DNA from: Octopus bimaculoides
Lineage: Eukaryota
Assembly (NCBI RefSeq): GCF_001194135.2
Contig: NC_068994.1
Location: 752,614 to 816,613 of the forward strand
DNA: 64,000 nucleotides
Direction of reading: 5' to 3'
The notes beneath the pieces are model-generated. The model was not told the origin of the DNA. It saw only the letters and a program-made list of their open reading frames with translations, and searched no databases. Of the stretch, positions 38,702-51,925 are shown piece by piece. Each line of letters starts with the position of its first letter. Position 1 is the stretch's first letter. The position numbers and the translations under genes are program-made.

Positions 38702-39435
38702 CCTAATAATTAGGGTATCAATACAGCCCAGACAATGGATACTCAAAAACAAGGAATCACTATTTAGTCTCAGCATAAAATTAAGTTTATGAGGATTTTT
38801 TTGCATCATAGATTGAGCTTTGAACTCAATAGTTTCATAATTATTTAACGAATCAGCAACATTCACTTAAATCCCTTTCCAAAGATGTAGATGGCCATTT
38901 ATTGAAATGTTGAGAAATATGTATTAAGTGTAATATATTTACACAATAATTACATGGTCGACAGCCTGAGAATGCTTATAGAGACTTCCAGTACAGTGTC
39001 CATTATATCACCACCACCACCACTATCATCACCACCACCGCCACCATCATCACTACTATCATCATCATTATTTAACATCTCTTCTACATGCTGGCATGGA
39101 TTGGATGATTTGACAATGCGCAACATGCTCTGCTGTCTGCTTTGGCATCTCTGGATGCATGCCTATCCTAACACCAACGGCACCAAGACCAATAAGGTTA
39201 ACTTGCAACTTGCAAGATGAAGAGCTTAAAGGTGGCCCTTTAATGGAAGACTAGGTGAGAGAGGGAGGGAGAGAGGAGAGAGAGAGAGAGAGAGAGTGAT
39301 GATTTTAGGTAAAGTATGATGAGAGGAACAGACTTATAATTGTGGAAGTGGAGAGAGAGTAGGAGGGTGGTCACTATTGAGGGAAGGAGTATGGGAGGAA
39401 CAAGGCAAAAGAAAGGGATTAGTGTGATTGGTTAA

Positions 39436-39575
39436 TGACCCCAGGACTTATTCTTTTGTAAGCCTAGTACTTATTCTATTGGTCTCTTTTGCCGAACTGC
39501 TAAGTTACGGGGACGTAAACACACCAGCATCGGTTGTCAAGTGATGTTGAGGGGGACAAACACAGACACACAAAC

Positions 39576-39653
<78 letters not shown>

Positions 39654-39811
39654 CGACGGGCTTCTTTCAGTTTCCGTCTACCAAATCCACTCACAAGGCT
39701 TTGGTCGGCCCAAGGCTATAGTAGAAGACACTTACCCAAGGTGCCACGCAGTGGGACTGAACCCAGAACCATGTGGTTCGTAAGCAAGCTACTTACCACA
39801 CAGTCACTCCT
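39436..39811 (-). mobile_element. SINE family A, young copy
   Basis: High similarity to 1-306, with A-box/B-box-like head and internal (CA)n(TA)n. Confidence 0.88.
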
Positions 39812-41242
39812 TTAAGGGAGTAGGCCTATATTGCTAGCAGATATAATAGCTCTCTGAACTTTTCCAACCAGTTGTTACCTTAGCTACTATGCTTTCAGAA
39901 AATCCACCTCCACTGTTAATTATATCAGCTCGGTAAAAGAAGCTACCCACTACTTTTGCTGAGCCAGCTGGGCATTTAAGAGAATCTATTTCTGGTGTAC
40001 TCTTAGTGCTTATCACCCTATCACATCTGCCACATACAAAGCCTACTTTCTCTGATAAATTGCATCAGTGTTCTGTTTTGGTCTTCTAGTAATAATTGGT
40101 TATATAATGACAAAGTGAAATTATTGTTTATTATATCCAGTATAATTTATTCATTTGTTGAGAAATCTATTTCCTTAAACTGCCATGCTCTCTCTTAATT
40201 ACATTTACTGACAGTGAACCCTCTCACATTTTCTTCTTTCTGGCACTCTTGCCTACTACACTTCTGTTACAGATTTGTGGTCATTGTCAGTTAAGTGATT
40301 TTGGTAGAAACACATTACACCACCATTAATGGTACCATCCAGAAGCAGAAGAAATAGTTACACTGCATCTCTTCTTAAAGTGTCCTAAAGCTGAAGACAA
40401 AGCTTGACCCTTTCTAGTCGCCTCTGCCATATTGTTAAAACTTAAAGATCAGCCAACAAGTTGTTTATAATCTACAACAGCCAATTACATCATCCAGTGA
40501 ACATTTATTTCATTATCTGGCTGTCTTTAACAACTTATTGCTTATATTGTTTTACTCTAGTCACACATCATGTAATATTTTTTCTTGTTATTTATAGACT
40601 TATTAAGGGTTGTAAGTTAGTACAATGGTTAGAGTGGCAGATGAAATACCTTTGTTGCATCTCATTGAAATCACTTTAATACACTGACTTCAAATCTTGC
40701 TATAGTTGACTTTTCATTGTTCCAAGGGAGATAAAGTATGTCCTGGAATTGATATCATTGACTTCTCTCTTCCCTGTTTGTGGCCTTGTGCTAAATTAGA
40801 ACTCATACACTTGTGATGGCAATGTGTTGTTGTTGTTCTTATAGCTGCTTTATAAATTTACTGCTATCAAACAGTAAGGTGAAACATTTTCCAGTTGCAA
40901 TAGGTGTGCAATTATCATTTGCAATAGGTGTGCAATTATCAAGCTTTGAGCAAAATCAGGACTTGTGCTGTTCTTGGTTCTGTTTGCCTCAAATATTGTT
41001 GTAAATAGTAAAATAATGTCTTGGTATTAACTGTTATTCATCAAACATTTCACAACATTGGCTTAATCACACCTGCCACCCTTTGCTATATTTGTTGATT
41101 ATTCTGACTAGTTAATGACTCCAAGTTACCAAATGTTTATAATCCAAGAATGATGGGCTGAATTCACTATTGTCTCTCAGGTGTTTTGAATCTACTTCTA
41201 CTCAACTATAGTTGAATAAAAGTAGATTTTCTTGTTGGGTCC

Positions 41243-41530
41243 TCTACTTATAAAAAGATTAGGTGTGAAGTTGAGAATGTGAGAATGTGTGTCTGTCTGT
41301 GTGTCTGTGTGAATCCTTAAAACTTGAGAACTACACAACAACCAATTTCATTCAAATTTTACACATGCCTTACTTTTAGGGTCCATGTAGTGTCATAAAC
41401 CAAAAAAATTTTTCACTTCTTGCCTAGTGCAAGCCTAGTGTGATATCACATCTCCTCCACTATTTCAGTATTACGTGTCAAAAGTGAAACAATAACATCT
41501 CTCTATTGTAATGTCAGATATTTTCACTTT
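41243..41530 (+). mobile_element. Helitron-like non-autonomous element (5' part)
   Basis: Starts TCTACTTATAAAAAG, then (GTCT)-type microsatellite and ACCAATTTCATTCAAATTTTACAC. This layout resembles 42321-43021 and known non-autonomous Helitrons. Confidence 0.5.
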
Positions 41531-41610
41531 AATACCGAAACTATTATCTCATATATACAGGCATACATACATATATACATACTTATATATAATATATATA
41601 TGTTATGTAC

Positions 41611-41658
<48 letters not shown>

Positions 41659-41822
41659 ACATCTGCACAAATGTATATATATAGATGTATATATATATAT
41701 ATATACATGTATATATAGATATAGATGTATATGTATACATATATATGTGTAGATGTATATATATAGATGTACATGTAATATATACACATGTATACATGCA
41801 TACATATATATATATATATATT

Positions 41823-41862
<40 letters not shown>

Positions 41863-41863
41863 T

Positions 41864-42195
41864 AGGTGCAGGTGTAGCTGTGTGGTAAGAAACTTGGTTC
41901 CAAAACACATGGTCCTAGGTTCAGTCCCACTGTGTGGTGACTTGGCATGTGTCTTCTGCTATAGCCTCAGACCAACCAAAGCCTTGTGAGTGGATTTTGT
42001 AGACAGAAACTGAAAGAAATCAATTGTATATATATGTATGTATATACGTAAGTGTATGTGTGTATCTTTGTCTCTCTGTTTCTCCCACATCACTGCTTCA
42101 CAACTGTTCGTTTATTTACATCCCCATAACTTACTCGTTTGACAAGAAGAAACTGATAGAATGAGTACCAGGCTTATCAAAATAAAAAAAGAAGC
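41864..42195 (+). mobile_element. SINE family A
   Basis: AGGTGCAGGTGTAGCTGTGTGGTAAG..GGTTCAGTCCCACTG..GATAGAATGAGTACCAGGCTT. Confidence 0.8.
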
Positions 42196-42320
42196 TATTG
42201 GCAGTGTCTCATATTTTTTTTGCCCACTCAGTTGTATCTATCAATCTATCTTGTGTGTGTATATATGTATATATAATACACACACACACACATGCATGTA
42301 TGTATATGTGTATATTCATA

Positions 42321-43021
42321 TCTATTATATAAAAGTGAATGTCTTTATGTGTGTCACTTATACATTCGAAAACTTCTGCACCAATCCTCATGAAATTTGT
42401 AACACAAAATCCAAACCTAGGGAGAAGGGTAATGCTGTGTGTTTCATACAATTTCATGGACCAAAATTACTGAATGGATCCTTATGATATTTGGAACTTA
42501 GATTCAATGCATAAGGGCGGGTATAATGCAGTATGTTTGGTTTGAATTTGAGATAGCTTAAAGGGAGCAGAACCCCCATGAAAATTCATAAATTTTTGAC
42601 GTTGAAATTTCAACCATGGGTAATTGACACACATCAAGATGTATTCCCGAACTTTCCAATTCTCATAAGGATTCTAAGATCCCCTAATGGGGGCCTTAAC
42701 TCCCAAATTTTAGTAATTTTTTATGATCCAAAACTAGGTCAAAAGTACTGAATGGATCTTTATGAAATTTGGTAATTATATTCTATGTATAAAGGCCATA
42801 ACCCCCATGAAAATTCATATATTTTTGCTGTTGATGAAATTTTAACCATAGATATTAGACACAAATGAAGTAATATTTCTAAAATGTCATCTTCTTAGAA
42901 GTTACAAAGACCTCTTCATGGGGACATCCACGATTTAGTCAGTTTATCTAAGCAAAGACAAATACAGTTGTACCCTTGGAAGCTGTAGGGTCACCCGAGC
43001 ACAAAAGATGTGCGTTACTTG
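42321..43021 (+). mobile_element. Helitron-like non-autonomous element with internal direct repeats
   Basis: 5' end A|TCTATTATATAAAAG. 3' hairpin GCACA-AAAGA-TGTGC (42999-43013), then CTTG|T (CTRR-like). Internal repeats start at 42463/42741 and 42572/42801. Confidence 0.6.
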
Positions 43022-44178
43022 TAATTCCTTTCCTCTCACACAATATTTTGGCAAAATGTTCAATTAGCAATGCTGATTAGTTCCTAGAGGTCAAGGTTTA
43101 GGTAGCCAATACAATAACCGACAATATTATTCTCAGGAAAAATTTGTAACATTATATGTTGTGAAAATATGTATTTTGTATGTAATGACAATGTCAGCAA
43201 ACATGAAAATATAACGGGTACACTTGATACATTTAGTTATCTAACATATAAAATGATTGAAAACTGTCAAAGTCTTTGACTGTAAACTGTATGCGCAAAT
43301 GAATTACGAAAAAATTTCAAAGGTTAAGCTTACTTACTTTTTCTAATGAATCTATTTGTTAACCTTGTTGAGAAAGTAAGTGATCACTTCATCTACCAAG
43401 TCTGAAAGATTTTGAAAGAACAATAAAAAAAACAAAAAAGAACATGTAGAGATTTTAGAGAAGTTACATCCCACTTAATATAGGTAATCTGTATTTTATG
43501 ATTCTAATGTGATCAAATCTTTTAATTTGCTCTACACTGCGTTGAAATCGTAGATTTGGAAAGGTGTATGCTAAGCATTTAGTATGATAACCAAACAGTT
43601 TTTTTTTGTTTTGAAATTCAACATAACTACTGATCTAAAGTGTTTATATTAAGAATTTATAAGAGCTAGTATCATTAAAGAACAGTTTGTAATTACTATT
43701 GCATCATAAAAATATCATATTTACCCTAAAATAAAATAAGCTGTCTTCTTGCGAAAATGTTCTTCAATTCTTTATGCCATCAGGGGTTAACGAGTGTATT
43801 GATGTATTTGAAAATAATTTAATTAGTGCCATTCATTATTTCGAGTTGTTTGGTTTGGAATAACATTTCAGTTTGGGATATTTTCTACTATATAAATACA
43901 AAATATGAATCCAATAGTAAATGTTTAGTTAGTATGTTGTGAGTATCTCCTCCATATTGTCATGTTCAGTAGAACTCTGGGATCGCAAAACATAATGTTC
44001 CGATTATTTTTTTTTAACTACAATTTCATGTTGGACACAATTTTCAAATACAAGCTGAGGGAATTTTTAATCCAGTTTCAGTTTTTATATATTTTGAATA
44101 TGGATTTAGTTAAAAAACATGAACTTGAAAATTATCTCACCCCACTTCTCATACACACAGCACGTACATGCACACACG

Positions 44179-44213
<35 letters not shown>

Positions 44214-44967
44214 TTTATTAGCTCAATAGCCTATGAAAATTTACATAATGATATTATTTTAGATTTTGGATAAATATAATTTTATGGTTAGTAAAGGAAA
44301 TGGGCTGAAAGTAGAGATCCTGCTATTGCACTTTTCAATCTTTCAATAAGATTTCTTTCCTTTCTTCCTTTGAACAATTCCAAATATCTTAGTTGACCAA
44401 TTCCTGATAGAAGTTTGTTCTTTGCTGCATTTTTAGTTTCTGTTGTTTATGTCAGTTCACATCACATACTGATCATTGTGCTGACGTTGTTATCTCTATT
44501 TCATCCATAGTAATTGATATGGGTTCAGTGAAACACAATTATTAGTATGGTACTGAACAAAGAAACAGTGTAGTAGCTGATGCTTGAATTGAAATATCTC
44601 TTCACTCACTCAAATTTCCAAGATTTATAAAAAGTTTTGTATTTTAATCAAATAGAGGAATCTCCTAAGTTGACTTTTCCTTCAATTAAAATTGTTACAC
44701 ACACATGTGCACGTGTGCATGCACGCGCACACACTATAACTATGGTTTTATAAAATAATGTTTATCGCTTCAGTAAATATTAATATGAAGCTCCAAGTCT
44801 TTTAAAGAATATCATGATTATCTGTTGATAATTTTGTTCATAAAATTATCTTGATATAATTAATAAGTTGGAAACATTTAAGTTGAGAAAAGAGCAAGAG
44901 GACTTACAACACACATATGTGTAAATATATACATATATATATATATATAAAGTGTGTGTGTGTGTAT

Positions 44968-45008
<41 letters not shown>

Positions 45009-46403
45009 TTTTGCAATTTCTTTATATTCATGAACTTTCCCACAACCCAATTTTCAACTGGTTGGTCTGTGCCTATGTTAATTGAATTTATCTGGTGAAA
45101 AAACAAACAAAACAAACAAACAACCAAAACAAAACTAGAAACAAATGAACAAAATATAAAGAATAAAAAAGTCAGTTGTTTAACCAATTAAGATTAATGT
45201 TGTCACTGTTCTCTGTTGGAAAAAGTAGAAATAATTGTTGAATCCCTTATTTTCTTATGTTGATATCATTTCTAGACCTGTTCCATGGAATAGAAATACC
45301 AGACACTGGCATATTACTTTCTTCGTTTTCATTAATGTCTGATTACTTCTAACTACCATCTTGTGCATCTATACTTACACTTGCAGTTCTGCTATGTGCA
45401 CCTGCGCATGCGGCTGCACAAGTACAGTTGTTTGCAGCTTTCAGAAGAGGAGGGAAAAAAATAAAATATGTGTGACCGATTTAAAAAAAAACATTTCTGT
45501 ACCTGCCACTTGGTATATTTGCTATGTTTGAAATAAATAATATTGTCAGAGTGATTGTGAAGCTAAAGACTTTCCCTTTTCTACAGCTGTGAAATCAACA
45601 ATGACTTTGAACAGTTCTCCTTATTATCTTCTTATACAAGACATAGCAATCAAGAAGTTATGACATGTTCCTGATGTCTGAGAAATAGACTGGTCTAGAT
45701 TAAGGGAGGTAATCTGAATGCACATATGCAGGTTGTGTGCAACTTCTACGGTTGACTTTATTTACCATTTAGTGCAGCATACAACTGGATAGTTGACACT
45801 GTTAGTAGTCTGATAGTTCGTTCTAATGGTGTGGTGCAGTTTTTTTTTTTTCCTGAAATCAATTGAAGATTATTGTATGAATGAATGCATTTCTGAATAG
45901 ACTTTCTGATTTTATAACTTGAGGCAATCAAAACATAAAAACTTGTTGATTCAGTCCAACTAAATGGAGAAAAACTTTACAGGATTAAATAATGATTTGT
46001 GACTATTAGTCTCTCATAGATTCTCTTAATTAGTGTGGTTGGACATGATATTTACGAATGAGAATGGTGTTAGAACATGTACAAATGGGTGTTAGCTATG
46101 TTTTTATTTACTTGACTTCAAATAAGTTAGAGAGATTGTAATGAAACAGGTCTGAAAGATAAATAGAGGAGGATACTTATAGTTAGTGAAACTTTTCCAA
46201 TAAAAGGATTTCATGAGACACTAATAATATTATATCATTAAATTCATACACTCCAAAAGTTTCTAAATCTGCAAAACCTACTGGCAATACATGATTATGT
46301 AGCTCAGTGAGTTATGTAATAACCCGTATTTCTGATTTATAAAGTCCCCTAGTGATTGATCTGTCCTGAATCTTGTTTTAAAATTTTAATATCCATGTCT
46401 TAT

Positions 46404-46604
46404 AGGTGCAGATGCGGCTGTGTGGTTAAGAAGCTTGTTTCCCAACCATATAGTTTCAGGTTCAGTCCCACTACATGGCACTCTGGGCAAGTGTCTTCTA
46501 CTATAACTTTGGGCCCATCAAGACCATGTAAGTGGACTTGGTAGATGGAAACTGAAAAAAGCCTGCAATGTGTGTTTGTGTGTATATATATACCTATATC
46601 TATA

Positions 46605-46645
<41 letters not shown>

Positions 46646-46850
46646 TTTTGTCTTGATATCATGTGATGGTTGTAATCATGCATCAGTGTCATACAAGTGA
46701 TGTTGTTTGTTTCCACTCTTCCATGCAAAACATATCTGGCTTTTTGGAAATATTACCTTGCTTGAAAACAGGTGAGGGCATCTTGCAATAGAAAATGTTT
46801 CAGTAAATTCCTTCTGACACATGTAACCATGGAAAATTGGATATTATTAA
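46404..46850 (+). mobile_element. Composite SINE (family A head plus RTE-type tail)
   Basis: Family A head AGGTGCAGATGCGGCTGTGTGG..GGTTCAGTCCCAC, (TA)n, then GGAAATATTACCTTGCTTGAAAACAGGTGAGG..CCATGGAAAATTGGA tail instead of the family A tail. Confidence 0.7.
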
Positions 46851-47834
46851 TTAGTTTATCTGATAGCAAATGATTGTTATTTATAATATACAAGTTTAAT
46901 GTTTATTGGAAGAGAATTTCACTTGGCACACTAAAACATTTCTTAACAAAACCGTGTTCACTATACACATCTGTATTTTCCAGTAATTATGACAGTTATA
47001 TTCAGTCATTTCAAAACGATCACACTGCCTCTTGAAGTTGTAGTTCATATCAATAAATGCGTTAATATCTTGGTAGTTGAGTGAGAACTGTTTCATAAAA
47101 ATAACTGGAGAAAATACTGAATAGAGTAAATGATGGTATGTAAGGCAGTGGAGGCTGATGTGTAGGATGGAAAATGAGAAAACATTCAAGGATGGTGTGT
47201 AAGTAACACTTGTGGATGATGTGTAATACACTGTAGTTGATGCTATATAAGACAGTAGACAATGACGACACACTCAAGAATGATGTGTAACACTGGTTAG
47301 GTAATGTGTAACACACATGGGTATGGTGTGTAACATGCTGTAGTTGATTGTAAGATGTAATTTAAAACTTGCAACACTGGATGTTTACTATGACAATACT
47401 TTACTACTTTACTACTTTAATCCTGTACAACTTGTGATTGTAGAAATGATGTTTGTCTCTGTTTTACTTTCAGTGAATTCTTCCCACCATGGCTACGTGC
47501 TTGTCAGAAATTTTACAAAGTTTTTATCCAGTATTTTTCCTGTTGATATCCAAGATGAAGCCATAGAGGGTCCATAGAAACCCTGATACTTTAATTTAAT
47601 GTGCATTGAACACAATTGGACATGTGAGAGAAATTCTATTTTCTATTCTTCTCTGTTCATCTTCATATTTCTAGTTTTTATTATTGTTCACGTATGAACG
47701 AAGTGGAAAACGTCCCCAGTCACTTTCACTCTTTCTCAATGATGTTCAGTTTGAAATAGTTTTTTGTTTGCTTTGAATATCATTTGGATTAAAACTTTAA
47801 TTTCCTTTACATAACCATGCTACATGGCAGTGAA

Positions 47835-48305
47835 ACATGCGCTGTGACTGCAGAGGATATGCGAAGGCTTGAATGAAATGAAGCTAACATGCTCTACTGG
47901 ATGTGCAATGTCAGTGTGCATGTATGATGGAGTGTAAGTGTTTTAAGAGAGAAATTGGGTATAAGAGGCATTGGAGAGAACCTGCGGAAGATGTAGAAGA
48001 GGTGATCACAGGTGACCAAAACTTTTGGTGATTTGCTGTGCTTGAGAAGACGTCAAGCTAAATGAAATTGTGGTCATGGTCAGTAGAGGTGACACATAAA
48101 AGGCACCCATGTTGGTGACATGTGTACTGTACCCAGTACAGTCTGTAGAGTGGTTGGCGTTAAGAAGGGCATCAAGCCATGAAAAGCAAGCCAAAACAGA
48201 GTGAAGCCTGGTGCAGCTCTCCAGCTTACCAACTCCAGTAAAATCATATAACCCATGCCAATATGGAAAATGGACATTAAATGTTTATGATGATGATGAT
48301 GATGA
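47835..48305 (+). mobile_element. RTE fragment followed by a family B-type tail with (GAT)n
   Basis: AEDMRRLE*NEANMLYWMCNVSVH..VLREKLGIRGI at ~47850-47975, and ACCCATGCCAATATGGAAAATGGACATTAAA..(GAT)n at ~48250-48303. Confidence 0.75.
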
Positions 48306-48480
48306 TATCACATCTGTCTTTCTAAATTCAAATTGAACATGAACCATGTTTATGTTGATGTATGGTGGATTTCTATGCCTCATTGATTTACTATTTTACT
48401 TCAGTTTTATTTCGTTATTTTATGGACCATTATTTGTCAGACTACTTCATCTTGACTTCACCACTTGCACAGACAAATTA

Positions 48481-48531
<51 letters not shown>

Positions 48532-49888
48532 GAGAGAGATAGGGAGAGAGGGGGAAAGAGCATTGAATTAAAGGGAGGGATGGAAGAAAGAGTGAAAGAG
48601 AAAGGAATAACATGAGTAAAAATTTGTGAAATTAAACTGTCTCTTCTCCCTATTACATCAGCAGTTTTCTATAATCAATAAATTATTCTTAATGCTTGTT
48701 GCAATTAATTCACACATATGATCAGTATAGGCATAGTCTCTGTGGACTCATCACATTGTTTGTAAACAAGAGGAATGTTCTGAAACTTTTATATGACACA
48801 GCTGAAGGCGTCAAAGCTGTAGCACTATAGTGGCTCTTCTGGTGAGTGATGATATATGCAACAGCACAACAGTTCTGTAAAAGTTTAATAATATTTAGCT
48901 GTGATCATCACCAATAAACCGTACAAGCTATAAGTCTATCTGTCACTCAGTTTAACACCACCACCTGGTCCTTAGGTATATTTAGTGGAGTCCAAGTATT
49001 CAGGTCAAGTCTCTGGTTTGAAAATAACTTTTTCCTTTCTCTTACCAGTGTTGTGGGTTGTTGTAAAAGTTTGTGATAGAGGTAGGAATGTCCTTCCTGT
49101 CACTAAGCCATTAAAAAAATGGAAAGAATAGTTTATATATATTTTTTCAAGTGAAAACATTTCAACTCTGAATTGCTGAAAAAACCTTTACAAAGTATGA
49201 ATGTATTCTACTCTAGAATACAGCTCATTCATCTTGTACATCTCTCCTTCTCTATCTCTCTCTTAGCTGTTAAAAGTCTACATTTGATAACTGTTTCCTG
49301 CCATTAACATTCTACCAGTTAGTGCTTTCCTGCCTGTTTTATATTTCTACAACACCCTCTACATCTCTGACTATTATACCCTTATATTAGCTCAATTAAA
49401 CCCATTCTACCCACCTTACCTCTCTATTTATTACAATTCTCAGATGTAATGCTAAATGCATTACCTAATCCTTTTTCCACGCAATTACATCCATTCTTTC
49501 TCTGAGCCTGCCTCTTCTGTAGCACCAGAATTGCAACTGCTCTTTTCCATTATACACTGATTAAGTACAATGTTGTTTCCATTGATCACAGCGATGGAAC
49601 CTGTCAAGGACTCTTTCCATTGCATATTTTGAATTAAAAGTTTCCTGTTAGACTGTTCTATTTCTGTGTGTATTGCTGGACCTCTCTCATTGTGTTACCG
49701 TATACGTGTGGCCACCACTTACCTCCTAAACTTGGAAACATTTGGAGTGTGTGGGAGGGAGGTGGGGGTCATTTCACATCCACGAAACCTTTAACCATGT
49801 CTAACTCGCCTTATTATGGTTTTTATCTGTCTTTCACATCTTGGATCAGAAATTCCCTGTTAGATTGCACCACTGCAATATGTTAATT

Positions 49889-49929
<41 letters not shown>

Positions 49930-50745
49930 CTCTCTCTCTCCACCATAGTTCAGTTATATTTACTGTAGTTTTACACTCTACAAACATTGTTAATGACCCA
50001 CTCTCTATGTCACATATATATAAGTCTATTCAGTATCTAAATCACTTGTATGAAAAAGAACACTGGAGTCTGTTGAGGTTTCTGATACTCAAAAAATGAA
50101 TGTTGTCATTACTATGAATGACAAAATGTGGAGAGAGTTTTTGTTCTTAGTGTTGTTGTAGCAGCAGATAAAATGATGCTGGTTGCTTACCAGCAGCTAC
50201 TGATTTCCAATGTTGTTTGTCCTCTGTCTGTTCATTGCCTTTTGTGTTGTCGGCTGCTCTTTGCCGTCTCTGTTGGCCAACTCCTATATTGTCTGTCACT
50301 GCTATCCCTACTACATTCTAACGCTCTCTGTCAAGTAGTCACAGTGTGTTAAATGTATACTGGTTGATAGGCTCAGAAGGAAGCACACTAAAAGATGAGA
50401 TGATCAACATTGTGTGGCTAATTAAGTTCTTAATTGCATAAATATATTCCTCAATCAGTTTGATATATCATAATGTACAAATGGTAGAATGGCAGAACCA
50501 TTAGAGCAATAAAGCCTTGTAATATTCAATTTCATCCTTTCCGTTCTGAGTTCAAATCATACTATGTCTTTATTGCTTCTTGTTTCACTCATGTACTGAG
50601 ACCGATTCCGTTGACTATATTCCCTGCCCCACCCTACATATTTGTTCCATTATTCAATTGTAGATGTCAGGGTTTTATTAGCTTTCTTGTGTTTACATGT
50701 GTCTAGCAGCATTGTTTAAATGGTTTTTTGTTTTTTACAGATATT

Positions 50746-50772
50746 ATGAAACCTCATGTGGAATACAGCTGA
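50746..50772 (+). other. Upstream ORF MKPHVEYS*, in frame with the main CDS
   Basis: ATG at 50746 and TGA at 50770-50772, exactly 18 codons upstream of ATG 50800, within the exon after the acceptor. Confidence 0.55.
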
Positions 50773-50799
50773 CTTGGATTGCAGCATACATGGCTCATC

Positions 50800-51889
50800 A
50801 TGCCACCTCCAAAGAAACCCAAAACTGGTCCAACTACAGCTGAGCAGTTCCTCACTAAAGAGGAGCTGAAATGCTTTCAAGCTGAATCCTCTAATATACA
50901 ACAGAAAATTACCTCAGGAAAACCAGAAACTGTTAGTAGTGATGAGGTGTGTGAACCATTCAGTGCTGACAGCAGCAGTGAGCTTGACCATTTAGCCAGT
51001 CGTAGTAGTAAAAGAGTCTGTGATGATGGCTTAGTGCAGCAACAGTTAACTGGTAGCTCTTCTGATACAAGTGAATACAGTTCAGTGTCAAATGTGTTGG
51101 CACCAGATATTGATCCTTGTGGTCGGAATGACTTAACTGGGAGCAATGGCAATAACAGTAGTAATAGTAGTAGTAGTAGTTGTAGCTCATCAGCTGTTGT
51201 TCCCAGTAGCAGTCCAACAAACAATGAACATCAGCAGGTGAAATCTGAAGCTGTCCTCACTCAACAGACTCAATCAGCAACAGTAACACATCCAGAATAT
51301 TCTATCCATGAGTCATCAGTTTCCAACTACCAGATATTACGACGTCTTTTTGCCCATGCAAAATCACCAAAATCTACCTCAGAGCCATCAGCTGTTGATC
51401 ACCTTCCACCATCCGGTAGCAATACCACTATCACAAGCTATAAAGATGAACCTTCTGAACAAGCAGCGACATCAACAACGTCTGTAGATGTCACTGAAGT
51501 GGCAGTGAGCAAGGGAGGTAACTCTTCAAAAACTTTGACTTCTACAGACAGTGTCTCAACTAAAAGAGACTCAAATATTTCTAATAAGAATAGTGCAGGG
51601 ATTTTACAAGCGACTCGTAAGAGTTATCTTTCATCATATATCAATCAGACACCAAAGCTATCTCGCTTGACCGAAGAGCCCTCAGCTGGTAGCCAGACTG
51701 TACAGCGCCACCTGGCTGCCAGCTTCTTGCAGGAACAACCATTTGACCTCACTCTAAAATGTAAGGACACCCAATTTAATGGTGCAATTGTTGATCCACT
51801 TAAACATTTTATTTCTAAATCATCTTCTCGTATTGATTCCAATTTTGAACATTTATCCTCCGCTTCAGAAAACTACCTCAGACATTGTG

Positions 51890-51925
<36 letters not shown>

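Noticed and set aside
40895-40941. 24-bp tandem duplication TTGCAATAGGTGTGCAATTATCAT
   Set aside because: It is a simple two-copy slippage duplication with no further structure.
47190-47345. Recurrent GATGTGTAACAC-like units as a CRISPR-like array
   Set aside because: The units are short, degenerate and irregular, with no unique spacers, in a eukaryotic context. This is a decayed minisatellite.
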